DNA of 64,000 bases, taken from the NCBI GenBank assembly GCA_014727915.1, contig WJMO01000006.1, positions 320,001 through 384,000 of the forward strand, written 5' to 3'. A program made the position numbers and the translations under genes. Shown here one piece after another: positions 40,405 through 50,261 of the stretch. This DNA is from Candidatus Altiarchaeales archaeon (GTDB lineage: Archaea; Altiarchaeota; Altiarchaeia; IMC4; SCGC-AAA252-I15). How positions within the stretch are numbered: the stretch's first letter is position 1; each line of letters begins with the position of its first letter. The notes under the pieces were generated by a model. It was given only the letters and a program-made list of their open reading frames with translations. It did no database searches and was not told the origin of the DNA.

Positions 40405-42042
40405 TCACTCTTCAGGCTCTATGAATACGCCCTTGACCTTTGACAGCAGGCCGCGCCTCTTCTCCTCTGTCTCATCGTCCGGCCTTATGAAAAGCCCTAT
40501 TAATTGGTCTTTGAGGTTTCTCTTCCTTTTGGGGGTTTCATCTCCGTCTCTTTCTTTTTCCCTGCCCCGCCGCTTATCCCTGAGGACCTCCTTTTTCCTC
40601 CGCTCCTTCTCCTCGTCGAGTTTGGGCTGCTCTATCCTTCCGGTCTCGTCGTATTTGGGCTTGGCGCCGTGCTTGGTCTCCCGCACGCGTATGTCCACCG
40701 TTATCGGCTGGCTCAACGCCTCGCTCACAACGAGGGCGTGTCCGACGTTCAGCTGCTGTATCTCCTCCTCCATGCCAGCCGTGAAACCTTCAATACTATG
40801 TCGGATGGCCTTGAGGTCGTTGGGGTTGGTCACCTTGAGTATGATCTGGGTGGTGCACTGGCTAAGCACGTTCTTGTCCACTCTCGCCGGACGCTGGCTG
40901 ACTACACACAGGTGGAAGCCGAACTTCCGGCCCTCCCCCGCTATCGTCCTCATTATGGGAGAGCTCATCACATCGCCGAAACCCCGTTCAGGACAGAAGT
41001 TGTGGGCTTCCTCCACTAGGAAGAACATCTCAGGTATCCTGCCGACAGTGCGCAGGTGGAAGAGCTCCCTTGTCAGCCTGGCCACCACCAATTGCTGTAC
41101 CGACGGCAGCGTACCCTTCAGGTTGATTATCGAACACTTCCCTTCGGCCACTAGCTCGGAATAGGGGGTTGGAATCCCCGTGAACACCCCTGATTTCATG
41201 AGCTCTGAAAGCCCGTCCAACACCTTCCACTTGAACTTGGTAGGCTCCTCTTCGATGCGTTCTATGAGCTCGTCGAGGGAGTAGTCCTCGTCCATGTCCT
41301 GCAAGGCAGTGTATAGGACGCTCTTCTCCTTCTCGGTCATGTTGATGGGTATCAGGTCAAGGAGCTCCTCCATGGTAAAGTTCGCCCGCAGTACGAACTT
41401 CTTCGCGTGGGGGTTTATGGTATGGTCTGTCGTGTACTCGAAGACCTGGTCCTCGTAGCTGTGGACCTGGACGTCATACAATAGCATGTCGTCGTATTCG
41501 TCGTTTTCGACGCAGAGGCTGCTGTACTCCCCATGAGGGTCTATTATGACGATGGGCACCTTGGCCTTCAGAAGCTCTTCCAGTATCACGGCTACCGCGT
41601 AGCTCTTGCCTGCCCCAGTCTTCGCCAATACGCTCATGTGCTTGCCTATGGTCCTCTCCACGTCAAGGTACACTGGTATGTCCATGCTCTCAAGGTAGCC
41701 CATGTATATGCTGCCCTGCCTCCGGGAGCCAATGTTGAGAACATCGCTTATCAGCTTCTTGTCAGCGAGGTAGACCTTCTCCTGGGGGTTGAAGGGTGTC
41801 CTCGGGGAAAGCACTTGATGGCCTTCCCTGTATCCGACGGTGTAGGCGTGGGCCTTGGTCTCGTCCTCGTCGAAGTCGTCCAAGTAGGTCTTCAGCGAGC
41901 TTATACGCGCCAGAACCCACCCGTAAACGGGGTGCTTCACCTTGATGAACGTGCCCTTGCCTATTGTGCGGTCTGTGAGCTTAAGGTCGAATTCGCCGGG
42001 TTTGACGCTGCCTGTAAGAACGCCTATGTCCTCATCTGCCAT
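40405..42042 (-). CDS. HerA/DUF87-family ATPase
   Basis: HAS-barrel-like N-terminus, AKTGAGKS, DPHGEY, EEAH, EGRKFG, SQRP. Confidence 0.9.
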   Translation of the reverse strand: MADEDIGVLTGSVKPGEFDLKLTDRTIGKGTFIKVKHPVYGWVLARISSLKTYLDDFDEDETKAHAYTVGYREGHQVLSPRTPFNPQEKVYLADKKLISDVLNIGSRRQGSIYMGYLESMDIPVYLDVERTIGKHMSVLAKTGAGKSYAVAVILEELLKAKVPIVIIDPHGEYSSLCVENDEYDDMLLYDVQVHSYEDQVFEYTTDHTINPHAKKFVLRANFTMEELLDLIPINMTEKEKSVLYTALQDMDEDYSLDELIERIEEEPTKFKWKVLDGLSELMKSGVFTGIPTPYSELVAEGKCSIINLKGTLPSVQQLVVARLTRELFHLRTVGRIPEMFFLVEEAHNFCPERGFGDVMSSPIMRTIAGEGRKFGFHLCVVSQRPARVDKNVLSQCTTQIILKVTNPNDLKAIRHSIEGFTAGMEEEIQQLNVGHALVVSEALSQPITVDIRVRETKHGAKPKYDETGRIEQPKLDEEKERRKKEVLRDKRRGREKERDGDETPKRKRNLKDQLIGLFIRPDDETEEKRRGLLSKVKGVFIEPEE

Positions 42043-42069
42043 CAGTTAATTATCGTATTTGTATAATTA

Positions 42070-42789
42070 ATGGAGATGAAGGGCACGTTCTCTGTTGTGC
42101 TTGTGGAGCCCAAGTATGACGGCAACATAGGGAGTGTGGCCAGGGCCATGAGGAACTTCGGTTTCAGGGACCTGGCGCTGGTTAAACCGCCGGAGATTGG
42201 TTCTGAGGGCAGGAGGAACAGCATGCACGCCCGGGAGCTCATGGAAGACGCGAGAGTGTATGGCTCGTTCGATGAGATGAAGGAGGACTTTGACTTCCTC
42301 GTGGGCACGACCGCCAAGGTCGCCGGCGACGGCAACACTTTGAGGACGCCAGTGTTCCCCGAGGAGCTGTCAGTCGCATTGGACTCCAAGGGCAGAGTGG
42401 GGCTGCTCTTCGGGAGGGAGGACTACGGACTGTTAAACGAGGAGATAAGGGAATGCGACATGCTCGTGACAATACCAGCGAACCCCGAGTATCCCACCAT
42501 GAACCTGGCCATGTCAGTCGCGGTCATATTGTACGAGCTGAGCAAACAGGCCAACAAGAGGCGTTCCTCACAGAAGAAGTTCAAGGAACTAAGCGGCAAG
42601 GAGAAGGAGATACTGCTCAGGTTCTTCGACGAGCTGGTTGATGAGATATACGACAGAGACTACGAGAACCAGCTTAGCAAGAAGACCTTCAGGCAGCTGG
42701 TAGGCCGGGCCTTCATAAGCGGCAGGGAAAGCAAGACATTGACCGGTTTGTTCCGTAAGTCGGGGGAGAGGATTAGAGGAGAGCGATGA
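42070..42789 (+). CDS. trmJ: TrmJ-family SPOUT RNA methyltransferase
   Basis: NIGSVARAMRNFG, FGREDYGL, IPANPEYPTMNLA. Confidence 0.9.
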   Translation: MEMKGTFSVVLVEPKYDGNIGSVARAMRNFGFRDLALVKPPEIGSEGRRNSMHARELMEDARVYGSFDEMKEDFDFLVGTTAKVAGDGNTLRTPVFPEELSVALDSKGRVGLLFGREDYGLLNEEIRECDMLVTIPANPEYPTMNLAMSVAVILYELSKQANKRRSSQKKFKELSGKEKEILLRFFDELVDEIYDRDYENQLSKKTFRQLVGRAFISGRESKTLTGLFRKSGERIRGER

Positions 42790-43889
42790 AGTTGGGGCAG
42801 GAGGGCAGGAGAATCATCACTGCTTTCCTCATATCAAGGCTGTTCGTTTTCAGCGTAGGGGCAATAGCAGACACCCACCTGCCAAAGTTCGGCCATTACA
42901 GGTCCTACGGGCACCATGTGCTGGTTGACATGTGGATCAAATGGGATGCGGGATGGTATCTTACAATAGCCCGCGAGGGCTATTCGATTCTGGAGGGGCA
43001 GACGTCCAGCGTGGGGTACTTCCCATTGTATCCGCTCCTCGTCCGTTTGGGCGGCTTCTTCGTCGACCCGGCGATCGCCGGGATAATGATATCCAATGCC
43101 TCGCTGCTGGCCGCGGCATTGATATTGCACAGGCTGTTCCGCCTCGACTTCGACGCTGACACAAGCCACGCCGCCATAGTGTACCTTCTGCTGTTCCCTG
43201 CTAGCGTGTTCTACTCCGCAATATTCACGGAGTCTCTTTTCCTGCTGCTATCGGCTGCTTCATTCTACCAGGCCAGGAAGAACAGGTGGATGATGGCGGG
43301 TGTCAGCGGCTTCCTAGCCTCCCTGACAAGGATGCATGGGCTGCTGCTACTTCCTGCCCTGACCGTCGAATACCTGCATCAGAGAGGATATTTCAAGAGC
43401 TGGCAGGGAGTTGACAGGGGGTGGAAGGATATGGCCTGGCTGGCGCTGATACCGTTGGGCACTATAGTGTTCTTCACATATCTTGGAGTCACAGTCGGAG
43501 ACCCGGCGGCGTTCATAAAAAGCCAGACCCACAGCGGGAGACATATTATGATGCCGTTCATGGTATTCTGGACCTCCCTCACGGTCAACCTCTGCGACTC
43601 TGAGCTTTTGGGTGTGGCTTTCACGGTATTCGGGCTGGCGGTTACCGGGCTGATGATCCGCAGGTTGAGGCCGAGCTACACAGCCTACACGATATCGTCC
43701 ATGGCATTCATAGTTTCCTCTTCCTCGCTGGTTGGGAGCCACAGGTACGTGGCGGTGGTCTTCCCCGTATATGCCGTGATGGCCATGGTGACAGAGAACC
43801 GTTGGCTTAAGACCTTGACTGCGGCCGGCCTAGCAGTCACCTTGGCGTTGTTTACCGTGGGTTTCGTGAACGGATGGTCGATCCACTAG
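42786..43889 (+). CDS. GT-C mannosyltransferase-like protein (PIG-V/GT76-like)
   Basis: WDAGWY, FPLYP, FTESLF, RY motif. Confidence 0.82.
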   Translation: MKLGQEGRRIITAFLISRLFVFSVGAIADTHLPKFGHYRSYGHHVLVDMWIKWDAGWYLTIAREGYSILEGQTSSVGYFPLYPLLVRLGGFFVDPAIAGIMISNASLLAAALILHRLFRLDFDADTSHAAIVYLLLFPASVFYSAIFTESLFLLLSAASFYQARKNRWMMAGVSGFLASLTRMHGLLLLPALTVEYLHQRGYFKSWQGVDRGWKDMAWLALIPLGTIVFFTYLGVTVGDPAAFIKSQTHSGRHIMMPFMVFWTSLTVNLCDSELLGVAFTVFGLAVTGLMIRRLRPSYTAYTISSMAFIVSSSSLVGSHRYVAVVFPVYAVMAMVTENRWLKTLTAAGLAVTLALFTVGFVNGWSIH

Positions 43890-43932
43890 CAGCCAGGACA
43901 AACTTATATTATCAAGCCCATATTATCTTCCG

Positions 43933-45162
43933 ATGGACGACACCATGTTGAAAGATCTAGCGGATGAATACGGCACTCCACTGTACGTCTATGACGGGAG
44001 GATCATCCAGGCCAGGTGCCGGGAGTTCAAGGACTCCTTCAAGGAATTACCAGTGGAGGTGAAATGCTGCTACGCCGTCAAGGCCAACAGCAACCTAGCG
44101 ATTTTGGCCCTGGTCAGGGATGAGGGATTCGGAGCGGATATTGTCTCTGCAGGAGAGCTCGATGCCGTATTGAAGGCAGGCTTCAAGCCCGGTGACATAG
44201 TGTACACCAGCAACAGCAAAAGAGAAGAGGACTTGAAAGCGGCTGTTGAGGCCGGCGTCATCATAACCGTCGGGAACAAAAGTGAGATAGAGACGTTGAA
44301 GGGGGTGGGGGGGGATAAGATCGCGTTCAGGGTCAACCCTGACGTGAACGCGAAAACGCACCCTAAGATATCGACCTCCCTCAGAGGCAGCAAGTTCGGA
44401 CTGCACTTTGAGAACGGCATAGCGTTCGATTCCGCCAGGAAGGCGTTGGAAATGGGCCTGAAGGTCACAGGGATACACTGCCACATCGGCAGCAACGTAA
44501 CGGACATGAGCGGATTCAAGGAGGCCGCCGAGAAGATGCTCGAGTTCGCTGCGACGCTGAAGGATGATTTGGATGTTGAGCTGGAGTTCATAGACCTGGG
44601 AGGGGGCCTAGGGGTGAGATACAACGAAGAGAAGGTCACTACAGCCGGCGAATTCGCAGAAGCATACAGGAACATCATAACAGAGGGTGTGGAGAAGCTG
44701 GGCTACAAGCCCACATTCCTGTTCGAGCCCGGGAGGTATGTGGTCGCCGAGTCAGGGCTTCTGCTGGCGAAGGTCAACAGTGTCAAGGAAACCCCTGAGA
44801 AGACGTTCATAAACGTGGACGCAGGATTCAACGACCTCCTGAGGCCTGCAATGTACGACGCATACCATGGTATCAGGGTTTTGGGCAAGGAAGGAGAGAG
44901 CAGGAGGTATGACGTGGCAGGGAACCTGTGCGAGAGCGGGGACATACTCGGCAGGGATCGGATGCTGCCCGACGTCGAAGCAGGGGATATTATCGTGATA
45001 GAGAATTCTGGAGCCTACGGCTATTCCATGTCCTCAAACTACAATAGCATGCCATTGCCTGCTGAGGTGCTGGTTAGAGACTCCAAGGTAGACCTTATCA
45101 GGGAGCGGCAGGACGTGCAGGAATTGTACGTCAGACAGAAGGTTCCTGAGGACCTGCTCTGA
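43933..45162 (+). CDS. lysA: Diaminopimelate decarboxylase
   Basis: YAVKAN, HCHIGS, EPGR, RPAMY, CESGD, GAYG. Confidence 0.96.
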   Translation: MDDTMLKDLADEYGTPLYVYDGRIIQARCREFKDSFKELPVEVKCCYAVKANSNLAILALVRDEGFGADIVSAGELDAVLKAGFKPGDIVYTSNSKREEDLKAAVEAGVIITVGNKSEIETLKGVGGDKIAFRVNPDVNAKTHPKISTSLRGSKFGLHFENGIAFDSARKALEMGLKVTGIHCHIGSNVTDMSGFKEAAEKMLEFAATLKDDLDVELEFIDLGGGLGVRYNEEKVTTAGEFAEAYRNIITEGVEKLGYKPTFLFEPGRYVVAESGLLLAKVNSVKETPEKTFINVDAGFNDLLRPAMYDAYHGIRVLGKEGESRRYDVAGNLCESGDILGRDRMLPDVEAGDIIVIENSGAYGYSMSSNYNSMPLPAEVLVRDSKVDLIRERQDVQELYVRQKVPEDLL

Positions 45163-45394
45163 TACTCTGCTCCACTTCAGCCCAGAAGCCCTCTTTTGCG
45201 TCGTAGTACAGCACCAATGAGGGTATCAATATCAGGAAAGACATCAACATCGGCACGGGAATCTCAACTAACCATCCCTTGTAAGGAAGGTTTATCTGCA
45301 TCCAAAACCCAAGAACAACAGCAAAAAGAGAGGCTAGAACGCCTAATGCTCCGAGCTTAAACTTAATCGCGTATGTAGAACCACAGCATTTCAT
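45131..45394 (-). CDS. Small two-TM hypothetical protein
   Basis: Two hydrophobic helices. Confidence 0.55.
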   Translation of the reverse strand: MKCCGSTYAIKFKLGALGVLASLFAVVLGFWMQINLPYKGWLVEIPVPMLMSFLILIPSLVLYYDAKEGFWAEVEQSIRAGPQEPSV

Positions 45395-45429
45395 AGTGAG
45401 AAAATATTTGTCTTTGGCTTAAAAATACT

Positions 45430-46383
45430 TCATTTTTCCATGGACTTCCTCAAATCCTCGAGTTGACGGGTCATTTTCCTCAGATAGGGGGCTTCTATGT
45501 GGCCGTGAAGCTGCTCTGATATCAACTGCTCGACCTCGCATGGGTTTGTTATGCCGAACAGGCAGTACATGCTCCGTACCCTGGGAGTCTGGACGTACCT
45601 GCCCCCAGTAACGCCTCCAGCCACCATGGGACCTCCTCTCGGCCGCCCGGCAACCCCGACCGAGACCGCGGAGAAATCCCCGCCCATGCCCAACCCGGAG
45701 GCTGTTACTGGGATGATGGTCCCAAAGTCGAGCAAACGCCCGATCAGGTTCTGGCTCAAGACTATGTTATTGATCTTGTCATAGCTGAGCTCGTTGCGTT
45801 TGTGGTCTATGAACTCGACCTCGGTTATTATCCTCTGGTCTGTTATGAAGAAGGTGTGAGCCCTCCGGTAAAGCTCAACGAACCCGGACCCTATGATGGA
45901 GGAGAGTATGCCGAATTTCATGGCGGACTCCGGGAGCATTCCAAGGAAGGAAGTCACGGCGAGGCTGCCCAAGCCAACAGCCAGCATGATGAAGACCCAC
46001 TTGAACTCAATCTTCAGGACGGACACTACCAACGCGCTAAGAACTATTGAAGCAAACCAAAGGCCGGCCTTGGTGTATGAGTTCGCGTATTCGTCAGCAT
46101 CTCCCGCAGCATCGTCCACACCCTGCAGGATATCCGTGAAAACTGGGATCTGACGGGTCAGCTCGTTGTCTATCATGGACGTGAATTGTGCCGCATAGCC
46201 TGTGGACGATGTGAGGGGATCGCCGAGGGAGTATACCAGAGTGTCCCCGTAGAATATGAACGCGAGCGATACTACGGCGATCCATATCCATAGTAGGTAC
46301 ATGTCATAGAAGGCGAGAAAATGTGGTTTGATAACCTTGAGTATCTTCTCGTCCTCGAAGAGGGCTAGACCGTCGCCTGCCAT
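45430..46383 (-). CDS. Membrane protein with bacterial PH (bPH_2) domain
   Basis: FITDQRII, QNLIGRLLDFGTI. Confidence 0.75.
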   Translation of the reverse strand: MAGDGLALFEDEKILKVIKPHFLAFYDMYLLWIWIAVVSLAFIFYGDTLVYSLGDPLTSSTGYAAQFTSMIDNELTRQIPVFTDILQGVDDAAGDADEYANSYTKAGLWFASIVLSALVVSVLKIEFKWVFIMLAVGLGSLAVTSFLGMLPESAMKFGILSSIIGSGFVELYRRAHTFFITDQRIITEVEFIDHKRNELSYDKINNIVLSQNLIGRLLDFGTIIPVTASGLGMGGDFSAVSVGVAGRPRGGPMVAGGVTGGRYVQTPRVRSMYCLFGITNPCEVEQLISEQLHGHIEAPYLRKMTRQLEDLRKSMEK

Positions 46384-46422
46384 CGTTTAAGGATATGGTA
46401 GGATAAAAAGAAAAGGGGTTTT

Positions 46423-46485
46423 GCGTCAGAACTCATAAGCTTCGTCACCGGCCGCTTGGGCCTCGGCTCATTTGCTTCATCACGT
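46423..46485 (-). ncRNA. Box C/D guide sRNA, predicted target C34 of a CAU-anticodon tRNA
   Basis: C box GUGAUGA (46483-46477), D'-like CCGA, C' GUGACGA, D box CUGA (46429-46426); 12-nt D guide AGCUUAUGAGUU; TAAATAAA upstream and T-rich tract downstream. Confidence 0.82.
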
Positions 46486-46511
46486 GGAATAGAATAGGAT
46501 TGGGGGTTTAT

Positions 46512-46940
46512 TTACCTTCGCTTTATCCCGTGTAGGCGGGCCCATGTGTGCATCACCCGCACGGCGTCTTCGATGTGGTCAACGTCTGTTATGTGCCGGC
46601 CCCGGACCATCACAGGGTCTATGAGATTCTCCCTCAGGCATTTCTGGCTGGTTCCCACCAAAACGCTGCTGTTTATCTTGTAGTCGTCAGAGCCGCGATT
46701 TCCCTCCAGTTCAATAAGCTTGGGGGGTGGTGTCGCGTTTATTTCGGCGACTGCCACGGCAAGATTGGACATGTGATCCTTCAAAGAGCCATCGTCTTCG
46801 AAGTGATCGGCTAGTTCCACTTCGCTCGCCTGGTTCGCCGTGCCGGGGAGTGATAGGAATATGGATTCGAATTTGAGAAAGGTATCATGCATTGAGGGAT
46901 GCGCGCTGACCTTGGGGGTTTTCGTTTTTTGCCCAGTCAT
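46512..46940 (-). CDS. Hypothetical protein
   Basis: ATGA overlap with the phosphomannomutase stop. Confidence 0.55.
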   Translation of the reverse strand: MTGQKTKTPKVSAHPSMHDTFLKFESIFLSLPGTANQASEVELADHFEDDGSLKDHMSNLAVAVAEINATPPPKLIELEGNRGSDDYKINSSVLVGTSQKCLRENLIDPVMVRGRHITDVDHIEDAVRVMHTWARLHGIKRR

Positions 46941-48289
46941 ATCTTCCCTTTCAGCACCGGATATTTGTCGAAAACCTCCTGGAACATGGCCTTCATCTCA
47001 TCGAGCTTCTCGGGGGTCTTTCCCTCGAACCGGATTATTATCTTGGGCCCGGTGTTGGAGGCGCGCATGAGACCCCACCCGTCTGGAGTCTGAACCCGGA
47101 CTCCGTCTACTGTGATGACGTCAAGTCCCTCACGAGACATGAACTCCTTCTTAACCTCTTCCACGAGCTTGAACTTAACCTCCTCCGGGGCGTCCACCCT
47201 TATCTCCGGGGTCGAATGGTATTTGGGTATGGTGTCGACCAACTCGCTGAGCTTCATCCCTGAGTCGGACAACAACTCCACCATCCTAGCCGACGCGTAT
47301 ATCCCGTCATCGTAGCCGGGGTAGTTGTCCGCGAAGAAGAAGTGCCCGCTCATCTCCCCAGCTATCAAAGCATTCTCCTCCTTTATCTTCTTCTTTATGA
47401 AGCTGTGGCCTGTCCGGTACATTATCGGCTTTCCGCCGTGGGCTTCTATGTCCTCGAAGAGGGCCTGGCTGCATTTCACCTCGAATATGATGGATGCGCC
47501 AGGGTTTTTCTCGAGTATTCCCCTGCTGAACAAGGCCAACGCCATGTCACCCCGTACTATCCCTCCTTCTTCGGTAACGAAACCCGCGCGGTCGCTGTCA
47601 CCATCGTAGGACAACCCTATGTCAGCGCCCTCGGACCTCACCCTATCTATGAGTTCTTTGAGGTTATCATCTACTGTTGGGTCGGCTGGGTGGTTGGGGA
47701 AGCTGCCGTCAGGATCCTCATAGAGGGTTGTGACCTCGCATCCCAGCTGCTCGAATAGCTTGGGGGCTACCGCACCAGCAGTCCCGTTGGCGCAGTCCAA
47801 CACGAGCTTCAGCTTCCTCCCGACGTTGACACGTTCCTTAACAAAATCCAGGTATACCGGTATTACGTCAATTTTCTCATGGGTTCCTTCGCCCGTCCTG
47901 AAGTTGCGCTCCTCGACTGCGTCGCCAAGGGCCTTTATCTCCGGACCGTACAATGTCATCGTCCCGCCACGACAGAGCTTGAAACCGTTGTATTCCGGGG
48001 GGTTATGGCTTCCCGTCACCATTATGCCCCCGTCAAGCGAGAGGTGGTGTATGGTGAAGTAGAGTAGGGGCGTGGGGACCACGCCGACGTCTATTACGTG
48101 AAGGCCTGTTGACTGCAGTCCTTTTATTAGCGCTTCCGAGAGTGCCGGGGAGCTCAACCGCACATCCCGGCCAACGGCAACGGAACCTTCGACTGAGGAA
48201 CCGAATGCCTTTCCTATGTCGACCGCGACCTCGTCTGTAAGGTCCTTCCCGTATATCCCACGGATGTCATAGGCCCGGTAAATGCTCAT
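46937..48289 (-). CDS. Phosphomannomutase/phosphoglucomutase
   Basis: RAYDIRG, TGSHNP, DGDSDR, GEMSGH, RASNT. Confidence 0.95.
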   Translation of the reverse strand: MSIYRAYDIRGIYGKDLTDEVAVDIGKAFGSSVEGSVAVGRDVRLSSPALSEALIKGLQSTGLHVIDVGVVPTPLLYFTIHHLSLDGGIMVTGSHNPPEYNGFKLCRGGTMTLYGPEIKALGDAVEERNFRTGEGTHEKIDVIPVYLDFVKERVNVGRKLKLVLDCANGTAGAVAPKLFEQLGCEVTTLYEDPDGSFPNHPADPTVDDNLKELIDRVRSEGADIGLSYDGDSDRAGFVTEEGGIVRGDMALALFSRGILEKNPGASIIFEVKCSQALFEDIEAHGGKPIMYRTGHSFIKKKIKEENALIAGEMSGHFFFADNYPGYDDGIYASARMVELLSDSGMKLSELVDTIPKYHSTPEIRVDAPEEVKFKLVEEVKKEFMSREGLDVITVDGVRVQTPDGWGLMRASNTGPKIIIRFEGKTPEKLDEMKAMFQEVFDKYPVLKGKI

Positions 48290-48291
48290 CT

Positions 48292-49140
48292 TCAGATAAT
48301 CCCCTTCCAGTTTTTGATGGCCTTCTCATAGGCTTCAGGGGTACCCGTGTCGAACCACTGCCCGTGGAAGGGATAGCCGAACAGCTTGCCCTCAGCAGAT
48401 AGCTTGGGGAAGACATCGGTCTCCATCATGGCCTTGCCCTTCGGTATGTAATCGATAACCTCAGGCTCCAACACATAGACGCCCGCGTTTATGAGCTTGC
48501 TTTCCTCGCCCGCCTTTGGCTTCTCTATAAAACCCACGATGGTATGGCCTGTCAGCCTGGCAACCCCGAATGCTGATGTGTCATCGACCTGTGTCAACGC
48601 TATGGTCGCCGTTGCCTTCTGCTCGGTGTGGAAGCTTATCAGCTGTGAAAGATCTATGTCGCTTAGCACGTCCCCGTTGAACATCAGGAAAGGACCGTCA
48701 AGGTGCTTCTCAGCCAGCCTAAGGGGCCCGGCAGTGCCGAGTTCCTCCTTTTCCTCGACGTACTGTATGTCCACACCCAAGTGGCTTCCATCGCCGAAGT
48801 GCTCCCTGATCTTCTCTCCCAGGTAGCCCGTGGACATTATGATCTCCCTTATGTCGTATTTCCTGCATAGTTCGATTATGTGCTGTACGAGCGGCTTGCC
48901 CTTCAGGGGTATCATGGGCTTGGGCATCTCATAGGTCAGCGGGCGCATTCGGGTGCCCTTCCCACCCGCGAGTATGACAGCCTTCCGCACCTTCCGGGAC
49001 TCCAAGACCCTGGATATCAGTATCTCTATCGCGTGGCTGCGGTTCCTGACGTTGATGCCGTCGACCGTGGAGTCCAACTCCTTGAGAAGGTCCTTCCTAA
49101 GGGTTATCGTAAGCCGCTCCCTACTAGCTTCAGAGACCAT
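48292..49140 (-). CDS. RHH domain fused to sugar-phosphate nucleotidyltransferase
   Basis: RLTITL...LD...NRSHAI N-terminus; LAGGKGTR, PKPM, GTAG, NGD, EKP, WFDTG. Confidence 0.85.
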   Translation of the reverse strand: MVSEASRERLTITLRKDLLKELDSTVDGINVRNRSHAIEILISRVLESRKVRKAVILAGGKGTRMRPLTYEMPKPMIPLKGKPLVQHIIELCRKYDIREIIMSTGYLGEKIREHFGDGSHLGVDIQYVEEKEELGTAGPLRLAEKHLDGPFLMFNGDVLSDIDLSQLISFHTEQKATATIALTQVDDTSAFGVARLTGHTIVGFIEKPKAGEESKLINAGVYVLEPEVIDYIPKGKAMMETDVFPKLSAEGKLFGYPFHGQWFDTGTPEAYEKAIKNWKGII

Positions 49141-49217
49141 AAGTTAACACCATCATACAGGATGCTACAATATATGATAAGCTAAATATAAAAGGGTAAG
49201 GGGAAAAGATAAGGGAT

Positions 49218-50252
49218 ATGAACGTCAGAGAGCGCATGAGGCCCTGGATAGGGGAGATAAGCAACTACGTTCCCGGAGAGTACAGGGAAGGGTATGTCAA
49301 GCTGGCCAGCAACGAGAACAACTACGGGCCAAGCCCCAAGGTCGTTGAAGCGCTCAGGCAATGGAGCGGCAGGACCCAGATCTACCCCTACAGGGGGGAG
49401 GAGCTGAGGGAGAAGCTGGCAGAGTACGTAGGCGTGAAAAAGGAGAATATCGTGTGCGGCAACGGCAGCGACGAGCTCATCGACCTGGTGGTTAAAGCCT
49501 TCAAGGGGCCGAACGCAGGAAGCTATCCCTCATTCGCGGAATATCCAATCGTCTCACGGATAAACGGTGAAAAATACACTCCAGTAAAATTAGAGGATGA
49601 CTTCGCATTCAACGCGGAGAAATTCCTTGCGGGCGCGGGGGACTGCAACCTAATGTTCCTATGCACCCCCAACAACCCGACCGGGCTCTCAATACCGGAA
49701 GGAGAGATTATGAAGGTGGTAGAGTCAGGCAAGATTGTGGTCGTGGACGAAGCCTACTACGAGTTCAGCGGAAAGACCGTGGTAGGGCGGATAAGGGACA
49801 ACCCGAACATGATAGTGTTGCGGACGATGGCAAAATCATTCGCCCTAGCCGGCCTAAGGATAGGATACGCAGTGGCGGACCCGGAGGTCATAGAAGCGTT
49901 GTTGAAGGTGAAGCCGCCATTCAACGTTAACACACTCGCCGAGGCGGCTGCCATAGCCGCGCTGGACGACATAGAGTACATGGAAGAGACAGTCAAGAAG
50001 GTGAAGTTGGGCAAGGAGGCCATATACAAGGCGTTGAAGGGCAAGTTCAAGCCTTTGGAGAGCGACAGCAACTTCGTGTTCGCGGACGTCACCCCCATGA
50101 CCTCGGAGGAGTTCGCGGAAAAGCTTCTCGAAGCCAGGATAACCGTCAGGAGATTCGGGAAACTGGAGGGATACCCTGGAGACTACGTGCGAGTGAACGC
50201 TGGAACGGAAGAGGAGAACATGAAGTTCGCGGAAGCTCTTAGTAAGATGTGA
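49218..50252 (+). CDS. hisC: Histidinol-phosphate aminotransferase
   Basis: LASNEN, GNGSDE, PNNPTG, DEAY, LAGLRIGY. Confidence 0.93.
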   Translation: MNVRERMRPWIGEISNYVPGEYREGYVKLASNENNYGPSPKVVEALRQWSGRTQIYPYRGEELREKLAEYVGVKKENIVCGNGSDELIDLVVKAFKGPNAGSYPSFAEYPIVSRINGEKYTPVKLEDDFAFNAEKFLAGAGDCNLMFLCTPNNPTGLSIPEGEIMKVVESGKIVVVDEAYYEFSGKTVVGRIRDNPNMIVLRTMAKSFALAGLRIGYAVADPEVIEALLKVKPPFNVNTLAEAAAIAALDDIEYMEETVKKVKLGKEAIYKALKGKFKPLESDSNFVFADVTPMTSEEFAEKLLEARITVRRFGKLEGYPGDYVRVNAGTEEENMKFAEALSKM

Positions 50253-50261
50253 GGAAAAAAC

